Positions 47,274-58,920 of a stretch of DNA of 64,000 nucleotides are shown here, piece after piece. Origin of the DNA: Naegleria gruberi (Eukaryota). The stretch lies in NCBI GenBank assembly GCA_000004985.1, contig GG738884.1; one strand, 5' to 3'. The translations under genes were made by a program, and so were the position numbers. Within the stretch, counting starts at the first letter, position 1, and each line of letters opens with the position of its first letter. The notes beneath the pieces were generated by a model. It was not told where the DNA came from, ran no database searches, and worked only from the letters and a program-made list of their open reading frames with translations.

Positions 47274-48210
47274 TTCACTCTCGATAATAATTTGCCTTTT
47301 TGGTGTTGTCAACAATTAACCAACCTTCCATTAAAGCTCTATTTATTTAAATATCCATATTTTCAATTAAGGATGCACAACCACCCTTGATTGGAAATGA
47401 TTTGGCTATGGCTAACTACGAGATTTTTCATCTTGTTGAACTTTTTATCGTTACAAGTGAGCTCAATCATGGAGAAATACACCACAACAACTCTCAACTG
47501 TATAAATTAGTAAGGTAGATATACAACCACATCACCAACTACATTTTTATCATTCTAATGAATCTTTGCAATGAATCTTTTTCAAAGAATGCGCAAGAGA
47601 AGCCCAGCAAGAGCTACTATTAATTCTGTTCTTTTTCTCAACTTGAACACAGCGACCAATCTGCGAAGTGGCAATTTTATATCTGCCTGCTCTGTGATGC
47701 AACCTGGCATTTTTCATTTTTGAATTGCTTATTGCTCATGCCTGCAATTGGTGCAATCTCACGTTGGGAGATTGTATGCAAGCACTTCCTCACCTTTTTC
47801 AAATCAACAAAGTCCATCATCACACTCTAGACAACAAGATAAAACAAATAACGTTAAACAACAGTCAAGTGTGATTGTTATTGATTTCAAGAAATTCCTA
47901 TTTATTGCAAGACAACCGAATCTTGCATATTTAATACCAAGATGTACTCTAACAACAACATTCACAATAACACACCTCCCAATCCTTACAATAATACCAC
48001 TCCCAATAATATCCGTGATGAACAACAGCAGCACAATTTTCATCATCATCAACAACAATATCCAACAATGTTTTAATCAAAACTCACCAATCTGTAATAC
48101 AGGAAGTTAATGATCATCCTCACTGTACAGTTAATCCTACACCACTGCTTCCCAATATTTCCAGTTTTAATTATTTTCATCATGAATATGCCAAGCCATT
48201 AACCTCAGAT

Positions 48211-49446
48211 TTGAGATCATTCTCTGCCACTCCTTTTTCCCAACAACAACAACAACTCAACAATTGCGCAACCCGAGCCACCTTGAATACCAATCTTGAT
48301 CATAATTCCTCCACTGAATCGTCTTCCAATAATGATTCTTCATCCAGTGGAAACATATCTGAAAAGCCACTTTCGAGACATTCACGAGAGAGTCTTGGCA
48401 CTATATACAATGAAGATTCATGTCAATCGAATACCAATCCTGAGAATACCAATAATTCTTCTGCTAGTGGAGTTGGTGGCCTTTCGTCCTTTGATTCCTC
48501 TTTCCAACATGCTCTCACCACTCAGGAAAACCTCAATGAACCAAATCGATCAAAGAAACTAGATGTTCTCTCAGCTGATCAGATACGACAATACTTTTGC
48601 TATACTCAACAAGATGCTGCTCGTCTATTGGGTGTCTCTGTATCGACATTGAAGAGACGTTTCTATGAGCTCAAGTTGGGAAAGAGATGGCCCTACAAGA
48701 GAACTAAGCAAACACCACGAAAGAGAAAGGATAAGCAGACAATGAGTGAGGAGAGACAACTCATTGATCAGGGTATTAAGGCATGCTCAAATGTTATGAT
48801 TCTCACTCCCATGAAACAATCACCAGTAGTACTACTGATGGCCACAAGTAAGGGAAGCAATAATGGATCTGCAATTCTCAACCTTTCGAATGGTTTCTCT
48901 AATAATGTAGAAGTTTCGGTAAGACAGCAAACACCACCATCTGCTACAAGTAATATGAGTCAACAACAATCAGTTTTCGATAAGAGAAACTTGAAGAATA
49001 ATCAATCATCCTATTCGAGTGGTATTGAAAAGCAACACAAGATGAATTCACCCTCTTCCAATAAGGTACTTTCACCAATCAAGAATATATTACTCCAACA
49101 ACATTCCAATAATTCTGAATTCTTAAGTATTGTAAATAGATCTAGATCCTCTTCCAATCATTCCATGAGCAGTTCCTCAGTTTCTTCCACCAATCCAAAT
49201 AATCAGCATCATTCCTCATCCAATCACTCATTACAAGATGAAAAGGGAGCTCTTTCCACACAACCATATCCACAACTAAATCACAATTCTTATCATCCAT
49301 CCTCGTCCCCCCTCAATATGACGAGAAACGAAAATTCATGCAAGAGAGAAACATCTATGGAGCAATCCAGAAAGAAACTTTCTCTCAGTTATATATTGAA
49401 TCATTCCGATTGTAACAATTCGATATCATCCGAGCAAACTTCATGA
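48211..49446 (+). CDS. RWP-RK-domain transcription-factor-like protein. The 5' end is unresolved and an upstream exon is likely.
   Basis: RWP-RK motif: LSADQIRQYFCYTQQDAARLLGVSVSTLKRRFYELKLGKRWPYKR. The frame is open from 48211 (TTG) but has no in-frame ATG before the domain. The upstream ORF at 47748..48110 is Asn-rich and lies in another frame, so an unresolved 5' intron is probable. Confidence 0.55.
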   Translation: MRSFSATPFSQQQQQLNNCATRATLNTNLDHNSSTESSSNNDSSSSGNISEKPLSRHSRESLGTIYNEDSCQSNTNPENTNNSSASGVGGLSSFDSSFQHALTTQENLNEPNRSKKLDVLSADQIRQYFCYTQQDAARLLGVSVSTLKRRFYELKLGKRWPYKRTKQTPRKRKDKQTMSEERQLIDQGIKACSNVMILTPMKQSPVVLLMATSKGSNNGSAILNLSNGFSNNVEVSVRQQTPPSATSNMSQQQSVFDKRNLKNNQSSYSSGIEKQHKMNSPSSNKVLSPIKNILLQQHSNNSEFLSIVNRSRSSSNHSMSSSSVSSTNPNNQHHSSSNHSLQDEKGALSTQPYPQLNHNSYHPSSSPLNMTRNENSCKRETSMEQSRKKLSLSYILNHSDCNNSISSEQTS

Positions 49447-49727
49447 GAAATTTATAGAGACAATCTTCTTGAGAATGTGAATGTTCTTGTGCAGCTCTAA
49501 TCAAGTACTTGATTTCAACCAATCTGGTACAGAATTACTCATCAATTAAGCTTAATAAATGACATTTTATGATGATAAAAACGATATTCCATAACTTTCG
49601 AACTTGATAGAAGTTATTAGAATCTCTAAATTACAGAACGAATCACCTTTATTTTAATCAGACTTTCATCTTTATAAGAAAAGTTAGCCAATTGTCTCTG
49701 ATTCCGAATTAGAGCTCTAGTGAAGTG

Positions 49728-50108
49728 TCATTCTACAAGCACAACCCCAAAAAGAAGAACCAAGCAAATAAAAACTAAACAAAATAATGCCAGCATGACA
49801 TAGAGAAGTGGGCCAAATATGCCATTGTAGTATTGATATTCATCATATTTGGGATTTCCAGGTTTTTTATACATTGTCTTCGTCCATGTAATTTGAGAAC
49901 TTGTGGATGGTGTTGTGTTCACTTCAATGTAGAGAGAAATAATCTTACCCTCTCGTAATGTTGAAAGATTGGATGTGGAAATGCTTGTTGCTCTCATAAT
50001 TGTGTTATTGTTGTTTGGGTTTGCATTTTCTATTTGTCCAATGTTTCGCTCTTGCATAGGTTGCACAATTATTGAAAACAGTGACAATTTTGGCTGTAAT
50101 CTCAACAT
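49728..50108 (-). CDS. Small hypothetical tail-anchored membrane protein
   Basis: The frame MLRLQPKLS...NGIFGPLLYVMLALFCLVFICLVLLFGVVLVE* has a single C-terminal TM. It overlaps a second small ORF (50005..50226) in another frame, and I could not resolve the gene structure. Confidence 0.25.
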   Translation of the reverse strand: MLRLQPKLSLFSIIVQPMQERNIGQIENANPNNNNTIMRATSISTSNLSTLREGKIISLYIEVNTTPSTSSQITWTKTMYKKPGNPKYDEYQYYNGIFGPLLYVMLALFCLVFICLVLLFGVVLVE

Positions 50109-50599
50109 TGACAATGTCCATGAATTCGTACTGTGCTTTACTGGCTACTGAACTGACAACTGCTGAAGCAATGAGGAAAGAGCAGGCTCCAAGAAAAGTG
50201 GCGCAGAATAACGAAATGACGACCACAATGATGCTAATGATAAGTAGTTTGAACAGTTTTTTTTAATACATTGGTGAAAATTACATTTATCACTCTATAT
50301 TGGCCAATATAACTATTTATTAGTTATTTCACTAAAAAGGAAGGCAAAAACAATTGTAATGTGGTCGTACCTAGCTATTAATATTAAACATGTTTGAAAC
50401 TATTTAGAATAAACTCATTGTAAACAACAAGTCAGACCACAACTTTGGTATTGAATACATATTTAGTCAATCTCATTCAACTGTTCATTGTTCTTGGTTT
50501 TTTTATAACTTGAAAAAGATTCGAAATAACTTTTTCAAATTACAAAACACAAAAAAAAATATTTTAATCAAAAAACCACACGAGGCCTCGCTAACTTGC

Positions 50600-52513
50600 A
50601 TGCTTCAATCCAACAATCAAACAACAATTTCTCAGAACAATAACCAAAATGCCTCCTCTCTCGTGATGAATTCCGGAGAGAGTGGTATGATGAATCTTGT
50701 AGAAGAGGTTGAACTCTCCATTTCATGTAATAATTTACCGAATTTAGACTTGTTGAGTCTTACTGATGCACAGGTGCATATCTTTTCCAGCTCTACGTCG
50801 AGTAATCAAAACAATTGGGTATTTGTTGGAAAGACTGAAATTATTTGGGATAATTTATATCCGAAAGTATGTAATTGTGATTGATTATTTATTTATTTAT
50901 TTAATTGTGTGTGATGATGAATTAGTTTGTTACCAAATTCTTACTCAAGTACTATTTCGAAACTAATCAATATTTGAAATTCATTGTTGTTGATATTGAC
51001 AATGATAGTCAAAAATTGGAAGATCAAGAATTAGTTGGTGAAATGTATTGTACATTGGGTGAAATTGTTGGTTCAAAGGGAGGTCGATTGGTGAAACCTC
51101 TTCTCCTTCCAAACAAACCAAATGCCAATAGAGGTTTCATTGCAATTCGTTATGAAAAAGTTAATGGTTCAGGATCTGGAGGTCAAGAACTTGTGAATTT
51201 CAAGATTTCTGCCTCTAATTTGGATTCAAAGAATTTCTTCTTTGGTAAATCTGATCCATTCTTGGTGATTAATAGAGTTGATATTGAAGCTAATGAATAT
51301 TCTCCAGTTTACAAATCGGAATATTATAAGAAAACTTTGGAATGCTCATGGAAACCTTTCCAATTGACTACTCAAACTTTGTGTAATGATGATAAAATTA
51401 GAGGACTAAGATTAGAAGTTTATGATTGGAACAAGTCAGGTAAACATGAATTGATTGGTCACTTTGATACCAATTTGGAAGAATTATTGAAGGAAGGAAA
51501 GAATAAGACCTACTTGTTAATTAATCCAGAATTGAAGAAGAAAAAGAAGAATTATATTGGAAGTGGTAACATTAAGATTGAACATATTGATCTCATCAAA
51601 ATTCCTCCAAAACCAACCTTTTTAGATTATATTAGAGGTGGTCACCAAATCAGTTTAATGGTTGCTATTGATTTTACCATTTCAAATGTTGAGGCATGGA
51701 AGGAAATTTCTTTGCACTACATGAAAGAAGGGCATGAGAATGATTACCAACGTGCCATTAGAACAGTTGGTGATATTTTGAATTATTATGACAGTGGTAA
51801 GTGTTAAATTGTCATTTTTCATCTTATTCGAATTATTTTATCATGTTTTCATGATGCTTTTTCAAATGAAATCAGACAAAAAGTACCCAGTTTATGGATT
51901 TGGAGGTAAACTTCCTAACAACAAAACATCTTACTGTTTTGCAGCTAATTTAGATGAAAATAATCCAGAAGTTTATGGAGTTAATGGTATCTTGGAAGCT
52001 TACAAACATGCCATCGAGAATGTTCAATTGTCAGCTCCTACAAACTTTAAACAAATTATTCGTAAGGCAGCTGATTTATCAGAAGAGAGCAAGCTGACTA
52101 ATTATTACATCCTACTCATTTTGACAGATGGTGGTATTACAGATCTACAAGAAACCATTGATGAAATTGTTCGTGCCACCAACTTGCCACTCTCCATCAT
52201 TATAGTTGGTATTGGTAAGGATAGCTTTGGTAATATGGACATTTTAGATGCTGATGAGAAACCATTAGTCTCATCTAAGGGAGTCAAAATGGTTCGTGAC
52301 ATTGTTCAATTCGTTCCATTTAGGGACTTTAAGAATGCTGATCCTTCTGTCCTTGCAAAGGAGGTTCTTCAGGAAGTGCCATTGCAATTCCTTTCCTACA
52401 TGGCTACCAATAACATTATGCCTCAACCTCCAATCAAAGCAGAGTCATTCTATGGAAGTGTTAACAGTAACAGCAATAATAGCTTAATACCCACCCCAAC
52501 TACAAATCAATAA
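50600..52513 (+). CDS. Copine (two C2 domains + vWA domain). Exons ~50600..50866, 50926..51796 and 51876..52513.
   Basis: C2A: VELSISCNNLPNLDLL...KTEIIWDNLYPK|FVTKF. C2B: KSDPFLVINRVD...LEVYDWNKSGKHELIG. The vWA (copine) domain is split by intron 2 (YYDS|DKKYPVYGFGGKLP...NYYILLILTDGGITD...IIVGIGKDSFGNMDILDAD). Donors are GTATGT and GTAAGT. The ORF-track start at 50510 is TTG; the first ATG is at 50600. Confidence 0.85.
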
Positions 52514-52759
52514 CTTGAACACCTTTTTTAGTTATTTACTCCACACTACAATTATGTGAGATATGTAAATAAATACAATCACATGCCAAATTGAAATGAA
52601 TGTGTATTGTAAAGGCAGAAAATTAAAATTCCAGATCCAACTCCCCTACTTTTTAAGCAATCTTCTTTAAATGAATAAATCAGCCAGCATTGAGATCATC
52701 ATCCTCAGTAAGCGCAGAAAGGAAATTATTTAGAAGAAGAAAAAATAAAAAGCACAGCC

Positions 52760-54393
52760 ATGCCGACGATGAACAACATCAATGTTGAACCAAGTAATCC
52801 GCTGAAGGGATTCAGAACTGGCTTATTGGAAAAATTGTTCGTGGACACTTCGCCAACAGCTTTGAGGCGAAATTCTATTCACAATACCACATCACCAACA
52901 TCATCTTCTGCAACAGTACTATTAAATAGTAGTGTGGATGGAAAAGAGATAATGGATGAGGGTAGTAGTAGAATTTGCTCTGCACCATCTGGCCTTCCAA
53001 ATCAGTCATCATCAACTAATGGAAAAACAAGTCCTTCATTGCTAACACATTCCCGAATGATGAAGAGATGTTCCAAGCAACAATTGTTAAGCATGCTACC
53101 AAAGAAACCATATTTAAGAATTCAATATGCATCTCACTGTTGCTCTGGGGTTATATCCGATCAATTACAAGAGGAAATTCTTAAAGTTGCCCAACGAGAG
53201 AATGAACTGAGAGGCATAACTGGTGTTTTAATTTGTGTTCAGGACATGTTTTTTCAAATCATTGAGGGTCACACGGAACAAGTAGATAGATTATATCACA
53301 ATATTTTGAAGGATAAGAGACATTATGATGTGGTGTGTGTTGACAAGACATACTTTAGTTTAGATGAGGAGAGATATTTTCCAACTTGGTGCATGCAGGC
53401 ATTGGACATACAGAGCTTATTTGATCATTGTCTCGATCCAGCTCATTCAACAGCTGTTGGGGCTGCATTTAGGGCTTTTAAAACATTACTAGGTATGTTT
53501 CTTTATAATCAACGCCAATAATTATCATTTTTGGATTTTACTGATTCTATCTTTGAATTCAATCATGCATCTTATAAAATATAACCGCTTTGCTAACCTA
53601 TCAATTCAACAGGTTCACTTTTAAATACACAACAAGTGTTTAGAAATTATGCTCAACCTGCCATTTCAAAATATTTGAGTGAAGGGGAGAACCCAATGAT
53701 TAAGGAATCAGTAGAGACTGATAAGGTTATATTATTCATTGATCTTGTAAATTATACGAGTATCACCGAGAAGGTTTCAAAAACAAGGAAACCATCACAA
53801 GTGGTAAATATTTTGAATACATTCTTTGGAGTTGTTATGGAAACAGTTGAGGAATATTCTGGAGAGATAACTAAATTAATTGGTGATTGTGTAATGGTCT
53901 ATTTTGATGGAAACGAATGTCAACAGGCTGTTGATTGTTCCATTGATATTTTGGAGAGACTTGAAACTTTAAGGCAAACATCTGATGATCCTTGCATTAA
54001 GATGATTTATTGTACCATTGGTATCAGCAGAGTAAGTTTTACATCTTGAAAAAAGCTCAAAAATCTTTTTAATAGGGATTGGTTATATTTGGAAATGTTG
54101 GTTCTGTGGGAAGGAAACTTGATTTTACAGTAATTGGAGACTCTGTGAATACAGCATCTAGATTACAATCATTTGCTTCCATTTCTCCACATTTTCTAAT
54201 ATTCGATGAGAGTGTTAGAGAGAGACTAGAAGACACAACAGAACAATGTATCGTTGAAGTTGGGGCAATAGAACTAAAAGGAAAAGAAAGGTCTGTTAAA
54301 ACTTACACAATCGATCACGAACTCAATTACAAACCTTCCAAAAAAGAGATGGACCGCATAATGTCTCTATCAGCCCTCACAGAATATTGTTGA
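52760..54393 (+). CDS. BLUF-domain + class III adenylyl-cyclase protein (photoactivated adenylyl cyclase-like), copy 1. Exons 52760..53492, 53613..54031 and 54076..54393.
   Basis: ATG at 52760. BLUF: LRIQYASHCCSG...ITGVLICVQDMFFQIIEGHTEQVDRLYHNILKDKRHYDVVCVD, with the conserved Tyr and Gln. Cyclase: ILFIDLVNYTSITEK...KLIGDCVMVYF...GLVIFGNVGSVGRKLDFTVIGDSVNTASRLQS. Introns GTATGT...caacag and GTAAGT...taatag were verified for phase. Confidence 0.85.
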
Positions 54394-54777
54394 GAGAACC
54401 ACGAGTGGATTCATAGAGATCTATAAGGAATTTTAAATTTGGATTATGGTGTTGTTGGCAGGTTGTATTTAATTCAATGAAAAGCTGTATGGTTTTCCAT
54501 ATATATAATTCACAGAGATATCAAGGAGGCAATGGTATATTTATATTTTTTGTAACCATCTTAATGGGAGAATATTTGAATAAGAAATAGTTAGCCCATT
54601 TTCCTTATTTATAATAATTGGAGACCATATTAAGGATTTGAGATTATAATCTTCATCTTTGTCTCCAACACTTCAAGGTAAAAGGGTGCCTATCCTCGAA
54701 CAACACAACTCAAAAAAAAAAAAAGAACAACTCAACATCAACACCAATCATATTTTTCATCTCCAAATCACCACCAC

Positions 54778-55950
54778 ATGTCCTCCATTCAAGAACAATC
54801 TCCACAATATACTCGTGTGCAATATGTATCCCTCTCAACGCAGGGAGTCATTACAGAAAAGATAAAGTCCCAGATATTAGCCTCATCCAACAAGAACAAT
54901 TCCAAGCGTCATATTACCGGCTGTTTGATATGTGTGAAGGATATGTTCTTTCAAATTATTGAGGGAAAGACAGATGATGTTGAAAATTTATATACAACTA
55001 TTGTCAAGGATAAAAGACACAACAATGTTGTCTGTGTTGACAAGTCTCAGTTTTTTAATGAAGAAGAGAGAATGTTTCCTTCATGGGATATGAAATCGCT
55101 TGATGTTGACAGTTTATTCTCAGCAAAGAAGGAAGTTTTGATTTGTGGGGAGAATTGTAATCCACTGGATCCAGCACATAAACGAGTCATTGAGACTGCA
55201 TTCTCTGCTTTCACAACCTTGATGGGTAGTTTGTTTAGAGCTCAACAAGTTTTCAAGAATTATGCTCAACCGAGTGTCAGCAGGTTTGTCAGAGAAGGAT
55301 TGAATCCACTCTGTATTCAATCAGTTGAAACTGAAAAGATTGTACTTTTTGTTGACCTTGTAAATTATACCACCTTAACAGAAATCATTTCCCAATCGAG
55401 AAGTGCATCAGAAATTGTAAGAATACTCAATGTTTTCTTCACAATTGTTATGGAAATTGTTGAAGAATATGGAGGAGACATTACAAAATTGATTGGTGAC
55501 TGTGTAATGTGTCACTTTGATGGCCATGATTCACAGAAAGCAATAGATTGCTCATTGAAAATCCTCCAACAACTAGAACTTCTCAGAAATGAAACAACCG
55601 ATCCATTCGAAAAACTCATCTTTTGTACAATAGGCATATCTAAAGGAAAGGTCATTTTGGGAAATGTTGGTACAGTGGGTCGTAAATTAGACTATACTGT
55701 CATTGGTGATTCAGTTAACACATCGGCAAGATTGCAATCATTCGCTTCCTCGACTCAATATTATCTCATTTTCGATGAGAATGTAAAGAATGATTTGGAG
55801 AGTGGTGATTCAGTTATTTTCTGTGGTTCGATAGAATTGAAAGGAAAAAGAAATACTGTAAACGCCTACACAATAGAAAATGAATATAATAGAAGATTGT
55901 TGAAAGAAGATTTGAAAGCTCTCTACTGTAGTGTATCACTAGAAATGTAA
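54778..55950 (+). CDS. BLUF-domain + class III adenylyl-cyclase protein (photoactivated adenylyl cyclase-like), copy 2, intronless
   Basis: ATG at 54778. BLUF: YTRVQYVSLST...ITGCLICVKDMFFQIIEGKTDDVENLYTTIVKDKRHNNVVCVD. Cyclase: VLFVDLVNYTTLTE...KLIGDCVMCHFDG...GKVILGNVGTVGRKLDYTVIGDSVNTSARLQSFAS. It is roughly 55-60% identical to copy 1 and collinear with it. Confidence 0.9.
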   Translation: MSSIQEQSPQYTRVQYVSLSTQGVITEKIKSQILASSNKNNSKRHITGCLICVKDMFFQIIEGKTDDVENLYTTIVKDKRHNNVVCVDKSQFFNEEERMFPSWDMKSLDVDSLFSAKKEVLICGENCNPLDPAHKRVIETAFSAFTTLMGSLFRAQQVFKNYAQPSVSRFVREGLNPLCIQSVETEKIVLFVDLVNYTTLTEIISQSRSASEIVRILNVFFTIVMEIVEEYGGDITKLIGDCVMCHFDGHDSQKAIDCSLKILQQLELLRNETTDPFEKLIFCTIGISKGKVILGNVGTVGRKLDYTVIGDSVNTSARLQSFASSTQYYLIFDENVKNDLESGDSVIFCGSIELKGKRNTVNAYTIENEYNRRLLKEDLKALYCSVSLEM

Positions 55951-56048
55951 ATAAAATCAATACCTTATTAACTCTATGACTTGACGAGTTGTGCGATAGT
56001 TGATTCTCCTTTACTTTGTCACTGACACTAAATTGTTGATTAGTAACA

Positions 56049-56801
56049 ATGTATCGACATTGTTCTGAATATGATCCTTTAAAAAAAATGTCATCACTGT
56101 TGGACCTCTTTGTTGAATATTGGCCATTTGTAACATTGATCGTTGGTAGTATTGGTTTACTACTCACTCTTCCTTCAATTGTTGGTAAATCTTCTGTTTT
56201 TCACTATTGGTATCTTCCATTATTCTTGTATCTGATTCACATGTTTGAAGAGCATGGAATTGATTTGTTGGGAAGAAGATTTGCTTTTCAAGCAGGGTTG
56301 TGTGCAATTTTGAAGAAGGTCTCCGGAAGTGATAGTTGTGCAGCAACTGAGCTTGTAATTTGTGTTGTGAATTGTGGAACTGTTGTCATTTTGACAACTT
56401 GTGCTGGATTGTGGAGACACACTGATAAATTTACTGGAGTAAAAGCAGGAGCAATTGGTGGAATTTTAATTAATGGACTTTCTCATATTCTCAAAGCTTT
56501 TGAAACCAAGTATGATCCAGGATTGTTGACAGCTGTCTTGTTTTTTATTCCATGCTCAGTTTGGCTCATGATTATTGAATCAAGAAAGAATGGAATTGTT
56601 AAGGTTGTCCTATTCAGTTTATTGATGGGAATTATTCTTCATGCTGTGTTGATTTCTTCACTCATTCTCTCAATGAAAGGTTTAATTGATACTTCTCTAT
56701 TACCAACCATTCAAATCATTAATGGTTTCCTTCCTCTCATGATTACAATATTACAGGGTGAGGCATCATCAATTTCTGAAAGAAAAACCAAAACTAATTA
56801 G
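56049..56801 (+). CDS. HXXEE-domain multi-pass membrane protein (hypothetical)
   Basis: ATG at 56049. It has 6-7 hydrophobic helices, and the conserved HXXEE motif appears as LIHMFEEHG. Confidence 0.45.
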   Translation: MYRHCSEYDPLKKMSSLLDLFVEYWPFVTLIVGSIGLLLTLPSIVGKSSVFHYWYLPLFLYLIHMFEEHGIDLLGRRFAFQAGLCAILKKVSGSDSCAATELVICVVNCGTVVILTTCAGLWRHTDKFTGVKAGAIGGILINGLSHILKAFETKYDPGLLTAVLFFIPCSVWLMIIESRKNGIVKVVLFSLLMGIILHAVLISSLILSMKGLIDTSLLPTIQIINGFLPLMITILQGEASSISERKTKTN

Positions 56802-56978
56802 TTCTCAAACTATTTTACAGTTTTTATTTACAAATAAAACTAAACTATTGGAATAATCCATTATCTATTTACAACATGTGAATCGTAATTTTTGTCATAA
56901 GTTGAATTGTTTGGGTTATTATTTTACAACCAGAGAGAACAAAAGCTTATTGTTGAATAACGTTGATTGGTGGTGATT

Positions 56979-58232
56979 TTACAATTCGAGGTATTCTTTT
57001 AATCTAGCTAACCTATTATCTTCAATATTTACATCTAACAATTTCAATAAATCCTCAAGAATCAATTTTTTGTATACGTCTTTGAATAGAGGATGATGAA
57101 CAGAGACAGAATAGTTATAAGCTAAACCTGTTGGAGATTTACAGGTACAAAAGTACCACTTGTTCTGAAGCTCATTCCAATCAGACCACTGAATTTTCTC
57201 CTCTTTCAAGTGTTGTTTGAGATTCTTCAAACAATGTTGACACTTAATAAATTCACCTCCAAAATGAACTCCATGGAATTCTACAAGTGTGTAAGCACCA
57301 ATTTGAATTTTTTGGCATTGACAAGATTGTAAACAACCACCTGATGATCCATTCATAACACTCTCATTTGAAATAATAAAGTTGGAGTTTTCTGTCGTTA
57401 ATACCAAATCATCATGTTCAACCCATTCAATTTTGCCATTTTGAACTTTTTCAGTGTAAGGTGCAAGTACTTTTCCTGTAGAAACACATAACCTCCCAAA
57501 ATTGTGAAACACGTTTCTAGCCATATCATCACAAGGTGCCCATTCTTGGTATTCCTGATGCTGTGAAACGGAGGTTGAAAATTTAGTTCCTTCAATGCCT
57601 GGAAAATGTGTTGTGAAAATATCATCGTCAATTTGGAGTACAGTTGGACATGGAATGAATAAAACCTTTGGCCATTCATGCGATACTTTACAAGTCAATT
57701 TATGGATTGAAATATCCAAATAATTGAAATTGCCTATTGAGCTGGATATTGGGTCTTGATATTCCTGTTGAAACGATGGAAAAAGTTCTTCTTGTTTTTG
57801 CATGAGTTTCCACCCCTTTTCTCTAATTAGAGAAGCACCTGTATATATAACACTCTCCTCTTTTGGAAGTGTAAAATTGGTTGTTGCTTTTGCAAGTTGT
57901 CCAGTGAAAAATGTAGGTGGAGATGGATAGGATATGTGTTGATTTGTAATTACTTGTTGAGGAAGAATGTAGAAACCTGTACCAACAGCCGAAACAGTTA
58001 GAACCCTTGTCATACTCTTTTTTGTTAGTAATATCAACTCCTTAATAGAGTTTAATTTGTCAAGCCTTGAGTGAGAATATTTCAAATTGGTTGGTGGTAT
58101 AATTTGAGCATCTTCATCTACCAAGAAAACGTTCCAGTAAACATCGTGAAAATGCTCCTTTGTTGAAACTGCAACATCACCTTGTTCCGATTGAGGCACC
58201 ACAACTTCCAACACTTGCCTTACAAACCGCAT
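56979..58232 (-). CDS. Trypsin-like serine-peptidase-domain protein (Trypsin_2/S1-like) with a C-terminal Cys-rich extension
   Basis: The His motif VGTGFYILPQQVITNQHIS matches GsGfvi..iLTnaHVv, and the Ser motif MNGSSGGCL matches GnSGGPl. The Asp is not confidently placed. Confidence 0.4.
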   Translation of the reverse strand: MRFVRQVLEVVVPQSEQGDVAVSTKEHFHDVYWNVFLVDEDAQIIPPTNLKYSHSRLDKLNSIKELILLTKKSMTRVLTVSAVGTGFYILPQQVITNQHISYPSPPTFFTGQLAKATTNFTLPKEESVIYTGASLIREKGWKLMQKQEELFPSFQQEYQDPISSSIGNFNYLDISIHKLTCKVSHEWPKVLFIPCPTVLQIDDDIFTTHFPGIEGTKFSTSVSQHQEYQEWAPCDDMARNVFHNFGRLCVSTGKVLAPYTEKVQNGKIEWVEHDDLVLTTENSNFIISNESVMNGSSGGCLQSCQCQKIQIGAYTLVEFHGVHFGGEFIKCQHCLKNLKQHLKEEKIQWSDWNELQNKWYFCTCKSPTGLAYNYSVSVHHPLFKDVYKKLILEDLLKLLDVNIEDNRLARLKEYLEL

Positions 58233-58449
58233 TTTTTTTGGAAGTTTTCTTTAAGTTAAAACTTCTTAGTCCCTAGGCCAATTAAATAGTGATGATTTTA
58301 ATGAAAATTTTTAACCTCTCCATATTTAAATGACTGATTTCTGCAAACACTATGATTTTTTTTGGATTTTATTAACTATTTACAATATTTATTTACAAAT
58401 AAACTATTGGCATTATCTATTTACACAACATTAACAAGGATTGATACAT

Positions 58450-58920
58450 TTACAAGGTAAAGATTTGCTTCTCGAGTTGCTTATTCATACTAGCACATTC
58501 ATCAGCCAATTCACAGTCAAGGACTCTTAAAAATCTATTATCATATTCTTGTTTGCGATCACCAGCATTTCTCAAATACTGTTGAACTCTAAGATTACAT
58601 TCAAATATTCTGTGAGCTGTTTCCTTTTCCATTTGAATGGAATAGCTTTCTAAATCGTTTCTGTATTGACCAATGATACTCTTTAATTGTGGATCCAAAT
58701 CAGAGAGTTTGATCAATCTGGCAAATAAACTATTAGCTTTGGAATCCCTTGTATCACATGTTGTATTTTCAAGATCAGCAGTTACAGATACTTCTTGTTC
58801 AACAAAACTCTCTTGTTGTTGTAATCTAAACATTGATTGTTGGTGATACCTCTTCATAACCATCAGCGATGGGATAGGAAAATTCTTCTTAATACTTCTT
58901 CTCATTAATGTGCTTAACAT
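58450..58920 (-). CDS. Small hypothetical protein (156 aa) with a basic N-terminus
   Basis: The ORF is clear and sits in a gene-dense context. No domain recognised. Confidence 0.3.
   Translation of the reverse strand: MLSTLMRRSIKKNFPIPSLMVMKRYHQQSMFRLQQQESFVEQEVSVTADLENTTCDTRDSKANSLFARLIKLSDLDPQLKSIIGQYRNDLESYSIQMEKETAHRIFECNLRVQQYLRNAGDRKQEYDNRFLRVLDCELADECASMNKQLEKQIFTL

Noticed and set aside
47748-48110. 120-aa ORF upstream of the RWP-RK gene treated as an independent gene
   Set aside because: It is an Asn/Ile-rich low-complexity product and starts at TTG. It is more likely 5' UTR or an upstream exon of the RWP-RK gene. It is kept as a note, not a feature.
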